A stretch of DNA of 64,000 nt, taken from Alphaproteobacteria bacterium (lineage in GTDB: Bacteria; Pseudomonadota; Alphaproteobacteria; UBA828). The notes under the pieces are model-generated. The model worked only from the letters and a program-made list of their open reading frames with translations. It searched no databases and was not told the origin of the DNA. Below, piece by piece: positions 9,051 to 18,615 of this stretch. The stretch's first letter is position 1, and each line of letters starts with the position of its first letter. The position numbers and the translations under genes were made by a program. The stretch covers positions 96,001 to 160,000 of the forward strand of contig CAXXMU010000002.1 of the NCBI GenBank assembly GCA_963667785.2. The letters run 5' to 3'.

Positions 9051-9818
9051 TCAGGCGCCGGAGCGACGCCTGAGCCTCTCGGCCCCGGCGCGCAGTCGGG
9101 CCTGCGCCTCCTCGCCGTGCCAGATGTCGACCTGGCGGGCGATGCGGGACGGCATCTGCTCCCGCAGGTCGGCGCAGAACTTCCCGAGCCGCATGCGCTT
9201 CGATTCCGCGAACGCGTCCGGCGCGAGGTCGCGCAGGAACAGCAGGCGCTCCCACGCCATCCGCTCGATCTCCGCCTTCGGCCCGACCTCGTGCACGAGG
9301 TTGAGGGCGCGCCCCTCCTCGGCGCGGACGAGCCTGCCGGTGTAGATCAGGTCGGAGGCGACGTGGTCGCCGGCGACGAAGCGCAGGAGCTGGTCGCCGT
9401 AATAGGGGTTGGGCACGCCGAGCAGGACCTCCGGCTTGCCGATGAGCACGCGGCCGCTCGCGGCGTAGCGATAGTCGGACGCGAGCAGGATCGCCATGCC
9501 GCCGCCGATGGCGTGGCCCCTGATGGCGCCGACGACCGGCAGCGGCGATTCCAGCAGGGCCAGGACGAGGTGCGCGAGCTCGTGGAACATCTCCCCGATC
9601 TCGGCACGGGAGCAGGCCAGCGCCCAGTCGAGATCGAGGCCGTTGCAGAAGAACTTCTCGCCGCCGCAGAGCATCATGCCCCGGCTCTCGCGCCCGGCGT
9701 CGGCCACGGCGGTCGCGAGGTCGCGGATGACGGCGGTGGTGAGCGCGTTGGTGGCGTCGCCGCAGGTGATACGGATACGCACGCAGCCGTCCTCCTGCTC
9801 GCACCGGGTGTTGGTCAC
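9051..9818 (-). CDS. Enoyl-CoA hydratase/isomerase (crotonase) family protein
   Basis: FCNGLDL, GHAIGGG and PEVLLG motifs; GGAGG RBS before the GTG. Confidence 0.88.
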   Translation of the reverse strand: MTNTRCEQEDGCVRIRITCGDATNALTTAVIRDLATAVADAGRESRGMMLCGGEKFFCNGLDLDWALACSRAEIGEMFHELAHLVLALLESPLPVVGAIRGHAIGGGMAILLASDYRYAASGRVLIGKPEVLLGVPNPYYGDQLLRFVAGDHVASDLIYTGRLVRAEEGRALNLVHEVGPKAEIERMAWERLLFLRDLAPDAFAESKRMRLGKFCADLREQMPSRIARQVDIWHGEEAQARLRAGAERLRRRSGA

Positions 9819-9957
9819 GCCGTCCTCCCCTCTTGCGCCGCGAGCGCCGCGTGAGCGCCGGTCATTTCGGTCCTCGCCTCTTTATGCGATACCCGGAGCT
9901 TATGACCGCAGGCGCCTGCCGGGAAAGGCCGCTGGCGCTCATGGCAAGGAGGGCGGC

Positions 9958-10998
9958 ATGACGGGCAATCACGTCGATCTGAGGAGTGACACGGTGACTC
10001 GGCCGACGCCGGCCATGCGCCAGTCCATGGCCGAGGCCGAGGTCGGCGACGAGCAGCGCGGCGAGGACCCCACCGTCAACGCGCTCCAAGCCCGGGTCGC
10101 GGGGCTGCTGGGCAAGGAGGCGGCGGTCCTCCTCCCCTCCGGCACCATGTGCAACGAGATCGCGCTGCTGGTCCATTGCCGCCCCGGCGACGAGGTGATC
10201 TGCGACCGCACGGCGCACATCATCACCGCCGAGGGCGGCGGCCCGGCGGCGCTCGCCGGCGCCATGGTGCGCGCGCTCGACGGCGAGGGCGGGGTCTATT
10301 CGCCCGACCAGCTCGCCGATGCGGTCCGCCCGGCGAGCCGCTATGCGCCGCGGTCCAGGCTCGCGGTCGTGGAGCAGACCTCGAACCAGGGCGGCGGCAC
10401 GATCTGGCCCGCAGACGCCATCGAGGCGGTGGGCGAGGCGGCGAAGGCGCACGGGCTGCTGCTCCACATGGACGGCGCCCGGCTGATGAACGCCGTCGTC
10501 GAGACGGGCGTGGACGCCGCCCGCTACGCCGCCCCTTTCGAGTCACTCTGGATCGACTTCAGCAAGGGGCTGGGCTGCCCGGTCGGCGCCGTCCTCGCCG
10601 GCTCGGCCGAGTTCATCGAGGCCGCGTGGCAGTGGAAGCAGCGCCTCGGCGGCGCCATGCGCCAGTCAGGCATTCTCGCGGCCGCCGCGCTCCACGCGCT
10701 CGACCACCACGTCGACCGCCTCGCCGAGGACCACGCCAACGCCCGCCGCCTCGCCGCTGCGGTGGGCGCCGTGCCGCAGCTCTCGCTCGATCAGCCGCGC
10801 GTCGACAGCAACCTGGTCTTCTTCGATTGCGCCGGCACCGGCCTCAGCGCCGCGACTCTCTCCGAGGCGCTCCGGGCGAAGGGCGTGCTGATCGGCGCCA
10901 TGGGCGCCCACCGCCTGCGCGCGGTGACGCACCTGGATGTGGACGCCGCCGCCGTCGACACGGCGGGCGAGGCGCTCGGCGCGGTGGTCGGCGGGTAG
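9958..10998 (+). CDS. ltaE: Low-specificity L-threonine aldolase
   Basis: DLRSDTVTRPT, SGTMCN, HMDGARL and the PLP lysine motif FSKGLGCPVG. Confidence 0.9.
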   Translation: MTGNHVDLRSDTVTRPTPAMRQSMAEAEVGDEQRGEDPTVNALQARVAGLLGKEAAVLLPSGTMCNEIALLVHCRPGDEVICDRTAHIITAEGGGPAALAGAMVRALDGEGGVYSPDQLADAVRPASRYAPRSRLAVVEQTSNQGGGTIWPADAIEAVGEAAKAHGLLLHMDGARLMNAVVETGVDAARYAAPFESLWIDFSKGLGCPVGAVLAGSAEFIEAAWQWKQRLGGAMRQSGILAAAALHALDHHVDRLAEDHANARRLAAAVGAVPQLSLDQPRVDSNLVFFDCAGTGLSAATLSEALRAKGVLIGAMGAHRLRAVTHLDVDAAAVDTAGEALGAVVGG

Positions 10999-11025
10999 GG
11001 GAGGGCGGGGGCCGAGTTGCGCGGC

Positions 11026-11664
11026 TCAGCGTAGGTAGAGCTGCAGGTACTGGCGGATCGCCGCGTCCTGGCTGGCGTTGTAGTCGCGAATCAGGTCGTC
11101 GACGATCTCGGCATACTGCCGTTCCCGCTCGGTGAGCGAGATGCCCTCGGGCAGCGTGCGGGAGCGCCGCGCGTCGGCGATGGCGCTGCCGCGCACCTGG
11201 CCTGTACCGTCGATCGCCTCGATGGTGACGCGCAGCCGCACCTCCACCCGCTCGTTCTGCTCACGGGTGAACAGGTCCTCGATGTCGGTGTTGGTCGCGA
11301 GCGGCGTGGCCCTGGCGCTGGCCTCGTCGATGGTGACGCGCAGTAGGCCGTCGATCCCGTCGGCCCGCAGCCGCTCCTCCGCCCAGAGCCTCACGGCGAC
11401 CGCAGGCGACGTGGGGAAGAGATGGTCCACGTCGGTCGCGTGCGGTGCCGCGGAGGGAGCGACGATCTCGATCCGGCCGAGGTCGAACACCAGGGGCGGC
11501 AGATGGGCGAATGACGGCGGCGCGCGCTCGGGAGTCTTCGGCAGCGTGATCTCGCAGCCGGCGGCGGCGATCGCCACGACGACCAGCAGGGTGCCGGCGC
11601 GAGCCGCCCGGATCGCCCCGCCGCGCACCATCGAAAGCCGTTCCCGCACTGCCGTGCCGTTCAT
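11026..11664 (-). CDS. Putative lipoprotein, hypothetical
   Basis: Hydrophobic stretch ending in AAGC (lipobox-like); start uncertain (11664 or 11631). Confidence 0.65.
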   Translation of the reverse strand: MNGTAVRERLSMVRGGAIRAARAGTLLVVVAIAAAGCEITLPKTPERAPPSFAHLPPLVFDLGRIEIVAPSAAPHATDVDHLFPTSPAVAVRLWAEERLRADGIDGLLRVTIDEASARATPLATNTDIEDLFTREQNERVEVRLRVTIEAIDGTGQVRGSAIADARRSRTLPEGISLTERERQYAEIVDDLIRDYNASQDAAIRQYLQLYLR

Positions 11665-11831
11665 GCCGAGCCTCCGTGACCGCAGCGTCCCATCCCGTGC
11701 GCGCCTGCGTAGTCGACGACTCGGGCCGTCGTCAAAGGTGCGCACGGGCCCCTCGCGATTCAAGGGGCGAGGATTGGCCCGGCGGCCGCCCGCTGCGCTA
11801 CACTCGCCGGGCCGGTAAGGAGAGGCGGGCC

Positions 11832-12635
11832 ATGATGCCGACGCAAGCCGAGATCGACGCCTATCGCAGCGACGGCGTGGTCTGCCTGCGGGGCGTGATC
11901 GACTGCGACTGGATCGAGCGCCTGCGGGAGGGCGTCGCCGCCGACATGGCCGCGCCCGGCCCCCACGTCGAGATCTACACGACGGAGGCGGACCCCGGCC
12001 TCTTCTTCAACGATTTCGACCTCTGGCGCCACGTGCCGCAGATGAGGGACTTCGCGCTCGAGGGGCCCCTCGCCGCGATCGCCGCCGCGCTCTCGGGCTC
12101 GTCGCGGATCACCTTCTTCTACGACCAGGTGTTCGTGAAGGAGCCGGGCACCGAAGGCCTCACCCGCTGGCACCAGGATCAGCCCTACATGGCGGTGGAC
12201 GGAGACCAGCTCTGCTCCAACTGGATTCCGCTGGACCCGATCACGCCGGAAACGACGCTCGAGTTCGTGCGCGGTTCGCATCGCTGGGGGCGCTGGTTCG
12301 CGCCTTTCGACAGCATGCTGGACGGCAGCCGCCATCCGAGCGCCACGTTCGAGCGCTGCCCGGACATCGAGGCCGCGCGCGGCGACTACGACATCGTCTC
12401 GTGGGAGCTGGAGCCGGGGGACTGCATCTTCTTCCAGGGGCTGGTGGTGCACCAGGGCCGCAACAACCCGACGCAGGATCTGCGCCGCCGCACGCTCACC
12501 CACCGCTGGCTCGGCGACGACGTGCGCTTCATCCTGCGCGACCCGCCCGCCGAGTTCCCCAAGCACCCGACGGCGCTCGCGACCGGCGAGCCCTTCCACG
12601 CGGACCCGCAGTTCCCGGTCGTCTGGCGGGCGTGA
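11832..12635 (+). CDS. Phytanoyl-CoA dioxygenase (PhyH) family Fe(II)/2-oxoglutarate oxygenase
   Basis: WHQD, WIPLD, VRGSH and LEPGD..FF....VH motifs. Confidence 0.88.
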   Translation: MMPTQAEIDAYRSDGVVCLRGVIDCDWIERLREGVAADMAAPGPHVEIYTTEADPGLFFNDFDLWRHVPQMRDFALEGPLAAIAAALSGSSRITFFYDQVFVKEPGTEGLTRWHQDQPYMAVDGDQLCSNWIPLDPITPETTLEFVRGSHRWGRWFAPFDSMLDGSRHPSATFERCPDIEAARGDYDIVSWELEPGDCIFFQGLVVHQGRNNPTQDLRRRTLTHRWLGDDVRFILRDPPAEFPKHPTALATGEPFHADPQFPVVWRA

Positions 12636-12711
12636 GCGCGGCCACGCTTTTCCGCCGCCGCTCCATCTGCTAGGGACGGCCGACTGATCGGGCCGGGCGA
12701 GGGAGCGGGCG

Positions 12712-13383
12712 ATGAGCGGCGAGAACGGCGGCGAGCTGGTCCTGGTGCACACGGTGGCGGCGCTCGCCGATCTCTTCGACGGATTGCGCGACGAGATCGA
12801 CCCGGACGTGCCCGTCCGTCACGTCGTCGAGGCGGCATTGCTCACGGACGCGATCGAGGCGGGCGGGCTCACCGACGAGATCAGGGCGCGCACCCGCACG
12901 GCGCTGCTGGAAGCGAGCGTCGGCGCGCGCCTCGTGCTCTGCACCTGCTCGACCGTGGGCCCCGGCGCCGACGATGCCGCGGCGCAGGCGCGCGTGCCGA
13001 TCCTCCGCGTCGACAGGCCCATGGCCGAGGCGGCGGTGGCGGCGGGCCGGCGCATCACCGTGGTCGCGACGCTGGCGACCACCATCGGGCCCACCGCCGA
13101 TCTGGTGGCGGATGCCGCGCGGCGCGCCGACAGGCAGGTGGAAATCTCTTCGGTCGTCTTCGCCGAGGCCCGCGCCCGGCTGGTGGCAGGCGACGCGGAG
13201 GCGCATCACCGGATCATCGCCGACGGTCTGCACGACGCGGCGGCCGGCGCCGACGCCATCGTGCTCGCCCAGGCCTCCATGACGCCTGCGCTTGCCCACT
13301 GCGCCGATATCCGGGTGCCGCTGCTGACCAGCCCGCGCTCCGGCCTCGAGGCCGCCATCGCGCGCTGGCGCTCGGCCGCATAG
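12712..13383 (+). CDS. Asp/Glu/hydantoin racemase-like protein
   Basis: LVHTV, CTCSTVG, RVDRPMA and VLAQASM motifs. Confidence 0.75.
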   Translation: MSGENGGELVLVHTVAALADLFDGLRDEIDPDVPVRHVVEAALLTDAIEAGGLTDEIRARTRTALLEASVGARLVLCTCSTVGPGADDAAAQARVPILRVDRPMAEAAVAAGRRITVVATLATTIGPTADLVADAARRADRQVEISSVVFAEARARLVAGDAEAHHRIIADGLHDAAAGADAIVLAQASMTPALAHCADIRVPLLTSPRSGLEAAIARWRSAA

Positions 13384-13407
13384 CCGCGCGGGAGAGGGGA
13401 GCGCGCG

Positions 13408-13887
13408 ATGCCGGCGGCCAAGACGCTCTACCTGGCGAACCCCTACGGTTTCTCCGCCCAGCAGAACGCGGGCCCGCTGCGGGCGCTGGTCGCAGCACTG
13501 GAGGCGCTCGGCGCCGAGGTGTGGGAGCCCTTCGCCCGCAACAACCAGATCGACAAGGCGGCGGCCGGCTGGGCCTACAAGATCGGCCAGGCGGACCTCC
13601 GCGACGTGCGCGATGCCGACGGCATCTTCGCGGTGGTGAACGGCTGCCCGCCGGACGAAGGCGTGATGGTGGAGCTCGGCATGGCGATCGCCTGGGAGAA
13701 GCCGGTGTTCCTGTTCCGCGACGACTTTCGCCGCTGCACCGACAGCGAGGCCTATCCGCTCAACCTGATGGTCTTCACCGGCCTGCCGGAGTCGGGCTGG
13801 GAGGCCTACTGGTACGCGTCGGTGGACGAGCTCGCCGATCCCGAGAAGGCGCTCGTCCGCTGGCTGAGGGACGCCGCGCCGGCCTGA
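13408..13887 (+). CDS. Nucleoside 2-deoxyribosyltransferase family protein
   Basis: YLANPYGFS, DEGVMVELGMA and YPLNLM motifs. Confidence 0.85.
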   Translation: MPAAKTLYLANPYGFSAQQNAGPLRALVAALEALGAEVWEPFARNNQIDKAAAGWAYKIGQADLRDVRDADGIFAVVNGCPPDEGVMVELGMAIAWEKPVFLFRDDFRRCTDSEAYPLNLMVFTGLPESGWEAYWYASVDELADPEKALVRWLRDAAPA

Positions 13888-13899
13888 GAGCCCGCCCTC

Positions 13900-14343
13900 C
13901 TACTCCACGCGAGTCCAGGTCTCGGTCTTGCAGATGAAGAAGACGCAGCCGCTCACCTCCACGGTGTTCGCGTCTATGACCTCGACTTCGCCGCTGTAGG
14001 TCTCGCCGTCCCTGGCATTGTAGATATCGCCGTCGTCCCACTCGCCGTCGCCCTGGTCCTCCAGATCCCACAGCACCTGGATGCCGAGGAGCGGCCGGTC
14101 GCGAAGCGATTCGTCGTCGTTGTGAACGTCGCGCCGCGGCTTGCCGTCGTCGCCGAGCGCTCTCTTGAGCCAGACGATCTCCCCGCAAAGCTCCCCGTCG
14201 TCGCAGGGATAGAGCTTCACGTGCGCATCCTGCCGCCCGTTGAGCCAGACGCCCCAGGGCTCTGCCGCCAGCGCGCCGCCTGCCGAGCCCGCAACCATCA
14301 GGGCGGCGACCGCAGCGCCGCATATCGCATTCCGTGTCTTCAT
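13900..14343 (-). CDS. DUF2147 family secreted protein
   Basis: Signal peptide, then G.W, CGEIVWL, D.HN.D..LRDRPLLG, G.IYN...G.TY and GC..FICKT.TWTR. Confidence 0.88.
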   Translation of the reverse strand: MKTRNAICGAAVAALMVAGSAGGALAAEPWGVWLNGRQDAHVKLYPCDDGELCGEIVWLKRALGDDGKPRRDVHNDDESLRDRPLLGIQVLWDLEDQGDGEWDDGDIYNARDGETYSGEVEVIDANTVEVSGCVFFICKTETWTRVE

Positions 14344-14530
14344 GAGTGCCAGCCTCCCCGTCGCCCGCGCCGGCCGCCTGCGGTGCTCCCGATAGCCGGG
14401 CCGGCGGGTCCGATACGACGCTGGCACCCTCCCGCCCAGCCTGTCAAGACGGGGCCGGCCTCTGGAGCCGGCATGGCCTCTGGCGCTCGGGCCGCGGTAC
14501 CGTGGCGCGTACCGAAGCCCGGAGGGTTCC

Positions 14531-15838
14531 ATGCCGAGCGATGTGCTGACGGCGGATTTCAGGGAGACGCCGTACTGGTGGGACCTGGCGCCAAGGCCCG
14601 ACATCGGCGACGAGAGGCCGCCGGCCGAGGCGGAGGTGGCGATCGTGGGCGCCGGCAATGTCGGCCTCTCGGCGGCGCTGACGCTCGCCCGCCGGGGCGC
14701 GGACGTGGTGGTCCTCGATGCCGAGGCCGCCGGCCACGGCGCCAGCACGCGCAACGCCGGCTATCTCGGCCGCCAAGTCTGGCACAAGTACGGCGACATG
14801 GTGCCGAAGCTCGGGCGCGAGCGGGCGGCGGAGGTCTGCCGCGCGGCGGTCGCCGCCCACGACTATGCCGCCTCCCTGATCGAGAGGGAGCAGATCGCCT
14901 GCTTCTACCGCAACACCGGCCGCTTCATCGCTGCGCCCTCGAAGCGCGTGTTCGACGGGCTCGCGCGCGACCTCGCCATGATGCGGGAGGACGGCGTCCT
15001 GGTGGATGCCGAGATGGTCGAGCCGGCGGCAGCGCCGCCCGCCTACCGCGACGGGTACTATCACGGCGGCCAGATCCTGCGCGGCAACGGCACGATCCAC
15101 GCCGGGCTCTACCATGCGGGGCTGCTGGAGCGTGCCTCCCGCGACGGCGCGCGCATCATCGGCCACTGCCCGGTGCAGGCCATCGAGCGGACAGGCGGCG
15201 GCTTTCGCGTGGCGACGCCGCGCGGCACTGTGCGGGCGGGCCACGTGATCGTCGCGACCAACGGCTACACGCCGAAGGCCGCGCACTGGCTGCGGCGGCG
15301 CGTGGTGCCGGTCGATGCCTTCATGATCGCGACCGAGCCGCTGCCCCCGGAGCGGATCGAGCATATCGCGCCGGCCGGCCGGCCCATGGTCGAGCACCGT
15401 TACTCGCCCTGCTGGATCAGGCCCAACGAGGACGGCACGCGCATCCTCTTCGGCGGGCTCAGCGCCGAGCCGCCCGCCGACCTCGCGCGCAAGGCGCGCA
15501 GCCTGCGCGACGTCATGGTGCGGATCGTGCCGGCGCTGGACGGTGTGAAGATCAGCCATTGCTGGACCGGGAAGACCGCCTTAACCTTCGACATGATGCC
15601 CCATACCGGGAGCCACGACGGCGTCGAGTACGCCATGGGCTGGTGCGGCTCCGGCGTGCCGATGGGGACCTTCCTCGGCCACAAGACCGCGCTCCGGGTG
15701 CTCGGCGACCCGGATGCCGCATCCGCCTTCGACGGACGGCCCTTCCCGAGCATGCCGTTCTACACCGGCCGCCCCTGGTTCCTGCCGCTCGCGGTGGCCT
15801 GGAACAAGCGCAAGGACCGCAGGCTGTTTAAGGGGTAG
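14531..15838 (+). CDS. FAD-dependent oxidoreductase (DAO / PuuB-like)
   Basis: IVGAGNVGLSAA, GASTRNAG, ATNGYT and GWCGSGV motifs. Confidence 0.88.
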   Translation: MPSDVLTADFRETPYWWDLAPRPDIGDERPPAEAEVAIVGAGNVGLSAALTLARRGADVVVLDAEAAGHGASTRNAGYLGRQVWHKYGDMVPKLGRERAAEVCRAAVAAHDYAASLIEREQIACFYRNTGRFIAAPSKRVFDGLARDLAMMREDGVLVDAEMVEPAAAPPAYRDGYYHGGQILRGNGTIHAGLYHAGLLERASRDGARIIGHCPVQAIERTGGGFRVATPRGTVRAGHVIVATNGYTPKAAHWLRRRVVPVDAFMIATEPLPPERIEHIAPAGRPMVEHRYSPCWIRPNEDGTRILFGGLSAEPPADLARKARSLRDVMVRIVPALDGVKISHCWTGKTALTFDMMPHTGSHDGVEYAMGWCGSGVPMGTFLGHKTALRVLGDPDAASAFDGRPFPSMPFYTGRPWFLPLAVAWNKRKDRRLFKG

Positions 15839-15901
15839 ACTCCGGGTCCCCTCATCCGCGCGCGGCGGCCGCACCGCCGGAACAGCCCACGTACATCCAC
15901 C

Positions 15902-16531
15902 ATGAGCGACGATACAGCCCCGCCCGCGGCGAGAGGGAAGCGCCGGCTCGTCCGTCGCATCTACGACTGGGCGCTGGAGAGCGCCGGCACGCGGCGCGCC
16001 GTCTGGGTGCTGGCGGGGCTCTGCTACCTGCAGAGCCTCTTCCTGCCGGTGCCGCCGGACCTGCTGCTCATCCCGATGGTGCTGGCGAAGCGGGCGAAGG
16101 CGTGGCTCTTCGCCGGCATTGCCACCGTCTCGTCGGTCGGCGGCGGCGTCACCGGCTGGATGATCGGCTACTTCCTCTACGACTGGCTGGGCGAGCCCCT
16201 CCTCGCCATCTCCGGCCACTCCGGCGACCTCACGGCGTTCTACGAATACAGGGACAGGTGGGGCGCCTGGATCGTCGCCGCCGGCGCGCTGACGCCCTTT
16301 CCCTACAAGCTGGTCGCCATCGCCAGCGGCGCCGCCCACCTCGACATCGGCGCCTTCATCCTGGCGTCGCTCGCCGCCAGGGGTATGCGCTTCTACGTCG
16401 AGGCGGGATTGCTCTGGTATCTGGGGCCCAAGGCGCGGCGGCTGATCGAGCACCGCTACGGCGCGGCGCTGGTGATCGGCGTGGCCGCCGCCACCCTTGC
16501 GGTCCTGGTGCTCATCCCGTTCGTCATCTGA
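15902..16531 (+). CDS. YqaA/DedA family membrane protein
   Basis: FLPVPPDLLLIPM and LTPFPYKLVAIASG motifs; several transmembrane segments. Confidence 0.88.
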   Translation: MSDDTAPPAARGKRRLVRRIYDWALESAGTRRAVWVLAGLCYLQSLFLPVPPDLLLIPMVLAKRAKAWLFAGIATVSSVGGGVTGWMIGYFLYDWLGEPLLAISGHSGDLTAFYEYRDRWGAWIVAAGALTPFPYKLVAIASGAAHLDIGAFILASLAARGMRFYVEAGLLWYLGPKARRLIEHRYGAALVIGVAAATLAVLVLIPFVI

Positions 16532-16570
16532 GCGGACGGCGCCGCCGCGGCTACCCGCTTCCGCCCCGGA

Positions 16571-17531
16571 CTATTCCGCCGAGGCCCCGAGCAGCGCCTT
16601 GACCACCGCCGCGGCGTTGCCGGCGGCGAGGCCGAGGAAGGCCTCCATCTGGTTCGCTCCCTCGCCGCCGCCGGCGAGGTCGGCGAGGCTGCGGACGGCG
16701 ATGAACGGCACGTCGTTGGCGAAGGCCACATGGGCGACGGCGGCGCTCTCCATGTCCAGCACCCGGGCGCCGAAGGTCTCGAAGGCCCAGGTGCGGAAGG
16801 CCGCGTTGTCGACGAAGGCGCCGCCGGAGACGCCGGGGCCGCCGACGACGATCCTGGGCGTCCGCTCGAGGCAGCGACCGTCGGCCGTGCACCGCGCCAG
16901 CGTCACGTCGGCCGTTGCGCTGCGCGCGCCCGCCAGCAGCGCCTCCTCCACGGGGAACCAGAACCGGGTCTCCGGCGCGTCGGCGCCGGCGCGCAGCACG
17001 GTGACCGAGCGCGGGAACATCATGCCGAAGTTCGCGTAGGGGTATTCCGAAGAAAGGCATCGTCGCCCAGCCGCCGTCGACCTCCCGGGCGAAGAGCATT
17101 TCCAGGTACTGCCCCCAGCGGTCGGCGATCACGACATCGCCGATGTTCAGCGCCGGGTCCACGCCGCCCGCGATGCCCGAGAAGACGATGCGCTCGATGG
17201 CGAAGTGATCCAGCGCGAGCTGCACGGTCATCGCCGCGTTGACGACGCTGATCCCGCTCAGGAAGAGCACGACCCCCTGTCCCTCCAGGGTGCCGACGGC
17301 GAACTCGACGCCGTTGACTCGTTGCACGGACGAATCCTCCAGCTCCTGCTTGAGGATCGCCATCTCCGGGGCGAAGGCGGAGACCACGGCGATGCGGGGG
17401 ATCGCGTCGCGCTGGTCGTGCGCCTCCGCCGGGGCCGGTGCGGCGAGGGCCAGCAGCAGCGCGGCGGCGAGGGCTACCGCCAGTTTCCGAAGGAAGACGC
17501 TGCGTGGGCTCGGGCCAAGGTGCGTCATCAT
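16571..17531 (-). pseudogene. Periplasmic MTA/SAH nucleosidase-like (PNP_UDP_1) gene interrupted by a +1 frameshift (or assembly error)
   Basis: The N-terminal half (signal peptide, SGISVVNAA, FSGIAGG) and the C-terminal half (LDMESAAVAH, RSLADLAGG) are in different frames. Removing one C of CC at 17047-17048 restores ...MPFFEYPYANFGMMFP... Confidence 0.8.
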
Positions 17532-17628
17532 GGTGTCCTCCGCGTCAGGGCGATGTCGTTCGGGCAGCGTGACGATGCGCCGCGCCGCTGTCACCCTGTC
17601 GCTGCCAGCACGAGCGCCCGAGGCCGGA

Positions 17629-18615
17629 ATGCCCCTCTTCCACACCCACGTCGTCGTCGACTGGTCGGCGCGGTCGAGGCCGAGTCCCGAGACGCCCACG
17701 AGGGACGCGATCTGGTGGGCTGTCGCCCGGGTTACCCGGCGCGGCATCAGGGTGAGGAAGCCGGAATACGCCCGAACCCGTCACGAGGCGCTCGACCGTC
17801 TCGCCGACCTGATCGCGGGCGAACTCGACGCCGGCAGGCGGGTGCTGGCGGGATTCGACTTCCCCTTCGGCTATCCGGCAGGCGTCGCGAAGCACCTGAC
17901 GGGCCGGGCGTCTGCGCTCGCGCTCTGGGCGTGGCTTGCGGCCCGCATCGAGGACGGCTCCGACAACGCCAACAACCGCTACGACGTGGCGGCCGCGATC
18001 AACGCCGCCTATCCGGGCCTCGGCCCGTTCTGGGGCCGCCCGGGCACATGGGACTACCGGACGATTCCGGTGCGCGCCTCGGCGCGTACGCGGCAGGGGA
18101 GTCATCCGAGTGAACGCCGCATCGCCGACCACCGTGCGCGCGGGGCCAAGACGGTGTGGCAGCTCGCCTATGCCGGCTCGGTCGGCTCCCAGATGCTGCT
18201 GGGCCTGCCGGCACTGAAGCGCCTGACGGAAGACCCGCGCATCGCCGGCCGCACCAAGGTCTGGCCCTTCGAGACCGATCTGCGACCGCCCACCGCATTG
18301 GCCGTGATCGCCGAGGTCTACCCGTCGCTCCTCAGGGCGGAGGTCCGCGCGCGGCGGCGCGACGGCGAGATCCTCGATCGCGCCCAGGTGCGGGTGAACG
18401 CCGAGGCCTTCGCCCGTCTGGATGCCGGCGGCGGGCTCGCGCCCCTCTTCGCTGGCGCGCCCGGCCTTACGCCCGAAGAGCGTCACCTCGTCGAGACCGA
18501 GGAAGCCTGGATCCTCGGCCTCGGCCACGAGGCGGTGCTGAAGGGTGCGCTCCCGCCGCCCCGACCGGCACATCTCAGGCCGGTTGCGACGCCTCTCCCG
18601 CGCTGCAAACGGTGA
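17629..18615 (+). CDS. DUF429-like predicted RNase H-fold protein
   Basis: VVDWSA, GFDFPFGYP, GSVGSQ, VWPFET and AEVYPS motifs; start moved to ATG 17629. Confidence 0.6.
   Translation: MPLFHTHVVVDWSARSRPSPETPTRDAIWWAVARVTRRGIRVRKPEYARTRHEALDRLADLIAGELDAGRRVLAGFDFPFGYPAGVAKHLTGRASALALWAWLAARIEDGSDNANNRYDVAAAINAAYPGLGPFWGRPGTWDYRTIPVRASARTRQGSHPSERRIADHRARGAKTVWQLAYAGSVGSQMLLGLPALKRLTEDPRIAGRTKVWPFETDLRPPTALAVIAEVYPSLLRAEVRARRRDGEILDRAQVRVNAEAFARLDAGGGLAPLFAGAPGLTPEERHLVETEEAWILGLGHEAVLKGALPPPRPAHLRPVATPLPRCKR

Noticed and set aside
17040-17060. Programmed ribosomal frameshift in the nucleosidase gene
   Set aside because: No canonical slippery heptamer; a single-base insertion explains the break.
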